Notes under the pieces: generated by a model
Told to the model about the DNA's origin: nothing
Database searches by the model: none
What the model saw: the letters and a program-made list of their open reading frames with translations, nothing else
From: a candidate division FCPU426 bacterium
GTDB lineage: Bacteria; Oederibacteriota; JAAXVQ01; JAUVAV01
Length of the DNA stretch: 18,895 nucleotides
NCBI GenBank assembly: GCA_030637655.1
Contig: DAOWGI010000110.1
Span: forward strand, 1 to 18,895
Direction of reading: 5' to 3'
Position numbers and translations under genes: made by a program
Part shown: one piece after another, positions 16,673 to 18,895 of the stretch
Position numbering within the stretch: position 1 is the first letter of the stretch
How the letters are laid out: each line of letters opens with the position of its first letter

Positions 16673-17397
16673 AAGGGTTGAAAGAAAAGAGTATCCCATA
16701 CGAGGTCGTTCGCAGTCAACGAGCAACAGCTGATATTATCATTGAAAGGGATGGCAGTGTGCTGGTACGCGCTCCTGTTGAAATGGGGGACGAACAGATA
16801 AATGATATTGTAATATCAAAGTACTACTGGATGTATAAAAGCCTGGCTGAGTGGCGAGATTTGAACGCAACCCGGGAACTGCGGGAATACAAGAATGGTG
16901 AAGGATTTTTATATCTGGGTTGTGCTTACCGGTTGCTGTTGGTCCATAACCAGAAAGAACCGCTGAAATTAAAAGACGGTAGGTTTTGTCTCCGCCGGGA
17001 CATTGTTGAACAAGACGGAATTAGTAGGGGCACAAAATTTTGTGCCCCTACTGTCAAAAAGACCTTCCGAGACTACTATACCAAACGCGGAATAGAGCGT
17101 ATCAACCAGCGCGTGAGTTATTATGCGCCCAAGGTTGGAGTAATTCCGAAAGCAGTGAATGTCCGCGAGATAGGGCATCACTGGGCCACTTGCTCACCAA
17201 GTGGAATGCTGGCTTTTCACTGGAAATGCATGATGGCTCCTCAGACGATTATCGATTACATCGTGGTTCACGAGCTGTGCCACTTTCACCATCGAGATCA
17301 TACGGGTGTATTTTGGAATGAGGTTGATAAAGTAATGCCCAAGTACCGGGAGAGAAAAGAATGGCTCCGCAAGAATGGCGCGGGATTGGATGTGTAA
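16669..17397 (+). CDS. M48/YgjP (DUF45) family zinc metallopeptidase-like protein
   Basis: VLVRAP, NGEGFLYLG, IIDYIVVHELCH (HExxH), H...FWNEV; GTGA overlap with hsdR stop; typical hsdR neighbour. Confidence 0.92.
   Translation: MKGLKEKSIPYEVVRSQRATADIIIERDGSVLVRAPVEMGDEQINDIVISKYYWMYKSLAEWRDLNATRELREYKNGEGFLYLGCAYRLLLVHNQKEPLKLKDGRFCLRRDIVEQDGISRGTKFCAPTVKKTFRDYYTKRGIERINQRVSYYAPKVGVIPKAVNVREIGHHWATCSPSGMLAFHWKCMMAPQTIIDYIVVHELCHFHHRDHTGVFWNEVDKVMPKYRERKEWLRKNGAGLDV
17023..17052. repeat. Perfect 30-bp GTAG REP palindrome in frame within the M48 gene
   Basis: AGTAGGGGCACAAAA|TTTTGTGCCCCTACT, exactly codons 119-128 (SRGTKFCAPT). Confidence 0.9.
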
Positions 17398-17410
17398 AGG
17401 ATATGTTTTG

Positions 17411-17446
17411 AATGAATTACCCGGAATTAATTCCGGGTAATTCATT
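17411..17446. repeat. Perfect 36-bp palindrome at the end of the island operon
   Basis: AATGAATTACCCGGAATT|AATTCCGGGTAATTCATT. Confidence 0.9.
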
Positions 17447-17480
17447 TGTTCTATCTCTGGCATAAATATTAGGAGGTTTT

Positions 17481-17788
17481 ATGAATTTAAACGAGTTTGA
17501 AGGAGAGGCATTATCACGATTCACAAAAGAAAGCACAGAAAAACTATTTATAACAATGAATGGTAATTTTCGGTAGTGGATGTAATTGAAGCATTAACAG
17601 GAAATGATCGGCCAAGAAAATATTGGAGTGATCTCAAGAAAAAATTTATAGATAAAGGTTGTTCTGAAGTGTCCGAAAAAATCGGACAGTTGAAAGTAGA
17701 AGCTCCTGATTGGAAAATGCGTGAAACCAACTGCGCCAATACGACGCCCCTCGTGCATACCCAATGGGCACAAGGAGAAAGGGGCTGA
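17481..17788 (+). pseudogene. BRO-N / phage antirepressor-like pseudogene
   Basis: AGGAGG RBS plus ATG at 17481; after a frameshift reads RKTIYNNEW*FSVVDVIEALTGNDRPRKYWSDLKKK...EVSEKIGQLKVEAPDWKMRETNCANT; internal TAA and loss of the C-terminus. Confidence 0.82.
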
Positions 17789-17846
17789 ATTTTCTTATTG
17801 CACAACGACAAAAATGTATTAGAATAGTACGCGATAGCGGAACAGA

Positions 17847-18056
17847 TTATTCTTCCAGAAGATCCTTGGCTTTGATTTCCAAGCCGTTGGCTATGAGCTG
17901 AAGGGAATGAAGGGACATATCTTTTTCGCCGCGTAGAAATTCATATATAAAGCTCTTGCTCATGCCGATTTCATAGGCTAATTTTTCGGCTGATTTCGAG
18001 CTGCTATTCAAGTGCTTTTTAATATTTTTTGCTACTAATTGAGGCAAGTTTTTCAT
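17847..18056 (-). CDS. XRE/Cro-family HTH regulator, similar to R-M controller (C) proteins
   Basis: 69 aa; VAKNIKK...SAEKLAYEIGMSKSFIYEFLRG...SLHSLQLIANGLEI...DLL. Confidence 0.85.
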   Translation of the reverse strand: MKNLPQLVAKNIKKHLNSSSKSAEKLAYEIGMSKSFIYEFLRGEKDMSLHSLQLIANGLEIKAKDLLEE

Positions 18057-18118
18057 GGGCCAAAGGGTAGCATTTTTTAATGTCTCGATAGCACGCGATG
18101 GCGCACTAAGGAGTTAAA

Positions 18119-18466
18119 ATGACAACTCTCTGGATTATCGACGATGACCGGGTATTGCTGGAGAGCTTGAAGCTGGCTTTGGAGGAAAATTTTCAGGTCC
18201 GAACTTTTTTCGATCCTTATGCATGCCTGGAAGCAGCCAAGGTTGGAAAACCGGATGTGGTTTTGACGGATTTTGAGATGGAGAGAATGGACGGGTTGGA
18301 GTTGATTAGAATGCTGTCCAGTCTGGCCCGGGCGCCCAGAATGATTCTTTACTCAGCGAGGCTTACCAAATATTTACAGCAACAGGCGCTGGCGGCAGGG
18401 GCCTTGGCATGTTTTGGCAAACCGTTTGATTTAAATGAGCTAAAACGCGTAATAAGGCAGGAATAA
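18119..18466 (+). CDS. Single-domain response regulator (CheY-like receiver)
   Basis: WIIDDD, PDVVLTD (phosphoacceptor), MDGLELI, ILYSA, GA..CFGKPF; RBS AAGGAG. Confidence 0.92.
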   Translation: MTTLWIIDDDRVLLESLKLALEENFQVRTFFDPYACLEAAKVGKPDVVLTDFEMERMDGLELIRMLSSLARAPRMILYSARLTKYLQQQALAAGALACFGKPFDLNELKRVIRQE

Positions 18467-18470
18467 AAAA

Positions 18471-18499
18471 ATGTTCCCCGCACGGGCGGGAATGAACCG
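18471..18499 (+). CRISPR. Solitary type I-E-like CRISPR repeat (no array, no cas genes)
   Basis: 29 nt ATGTTCCCCGCACGGGCGGGAATGAACCG resembles the I-E repeat pattern GTGTTCCCCGC-N4-GCGGGGATRAACCG; single copy. Confidence 0.7.
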
Positions 18500-18543
18500 A
18501 AGGAAGTGAGGTCGTGACATTTTGTCATGGACTGAAACCGTTG

Positions 18544-18570
18544 GCAGGCGAACACAAGGTTCGCCCCTAC
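18544..18570 (-). repeat. Single GTAG REP
   Basis: Minus strand GTAGGGGCGAACCTTGTGTTCGCCTGC, related to the REPIN arm GTAGGGGCAATCCCTTGTGGTTGCCCC. Confidence 0.82.
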
Positions 18571-18593
18571 GGGTCGCCTGCTCGTACGTGTCC

Positions 18594-18632
18594 GTAAATC
18601 AAGTGTACGATATTTTCGTACACTTGATTTAC
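18594..18632. repeat. 17-bp perfect inverted repeat with 5-nt loop
   Basis: GTAAATCAAGTGTACGA-TATTT-TCGTACACTTGATTTAC. Confidence 0.9.
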
Positions 18633-18641
18633 TTGATCTAG

Positions 18642-18687
18642 CGCACGTCCGGTTCGGAGGGAGGGGGCGCAAGCTCCCTACCCCTAT
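18642..18687 (+). ncRNA. Group II intron 3'-end remnant (3' half of domain V plus domain VI)
   Basis: CGCACGTCCGGTTC (DV 3' strand), then GGGAGGGGGC-GCAA-GCTCCCT-A-CCCC hairpin with a bulged A 8 nt from a terminal AT. Confidence 0.75.
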
Positions 18688-18815
18688 CAGAAAAGATCCG
18701 GAGATCCCAGATCCGGGGACACCATATGCAATTATTTCGGCTCTTCCGGGTTTCGTGTGGGTAAATCAGACATCCTTTCTATTAACGGTAGGTACTTCTA
18801 TCGTCATTACAGCAT

Positions 18816-18895
18816 CGTCATTCCGGCATGATTCCAGCCGGAATCTATTGATTTTATAAACAAAATCAAAGGTACCTGGACCCCGGCTACAATCA
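18816..18895. repeat. GTCATTCC-type palindromic repeat element, truncated by the window end
   Basis: Left arm CGTCATTCCGGCATGATTCCAGCCGGAATCTA, inner stem TTGATTTT/AAAATCAA, start of the inverted arm TGGACCCCGGCTACAATCA. Confidence 0.75.

Noticed and set aside
17481-18466. Prophage
   Set aside because: Only a BRO-N relic and an XRE gene; no structural, replication or integrase genes
18471-18600. CRISPR array
   Set aside because: Only one full repeat; no second repeat at the expected ~61-nt period and no cas genes
18349-18672. 107-aa minus-strand ORF
   Set aside because: Antisense to the receiver gene and made of repeat-derived sequence (VGANLVFA is the REP translation)

Overview
Bacterial chromosomal window in three parts. 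(1) 1-7582, mostly housekeeping: 3' end of a sensor histidine kinase, a decayed XerC/D-like recombinase, a tRNA cluster (Arg-ACG, Ser-GGA, Ala-CGC, Ser-CGA) around tadA, a YegS/DAGK-family lipid kinase, typA/bipA, an exported hypothetical protein, a cold-shock protein and a SagB-type nitroreductase. (2) 7761-17397, a type I restriction-modification-derived defence island: YhcG/DUF1016 nuclease, RAYT-type Y1 HUH transposase, frameshifted hsdS, putative HEPN RNase, Schlafen/AlbA_2-HATPase-HTH protein, intact hsdR and an M48/YgjP-family peptidase. No hsdM gene is present. Only short hsdM-like 3' tails (KELGYE*) remain, twice, and a second copy of the hsdR 5' end precedes the Schlafen gene, so cargo blocks appear bracketed by duplicated hsd gene boundaries. 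(3) 17411-18895: BRO-N pseudogene, divergent XRE/receiver pair and a dense pile-up of unrelated small elements (solitary type I-E-like CRISPR repeat, REP, long hairpin, group II intron 3' end, GTCATTCC palindromic repeat). GTAG-capped REP palindromes occur throughout, including in frame inside two genes. Two tRNAs carry a 113-bp 3'-attached repeat whose first loop is inverted between the copies. All family assignments are from motif recognition by eye; no database searches were run.
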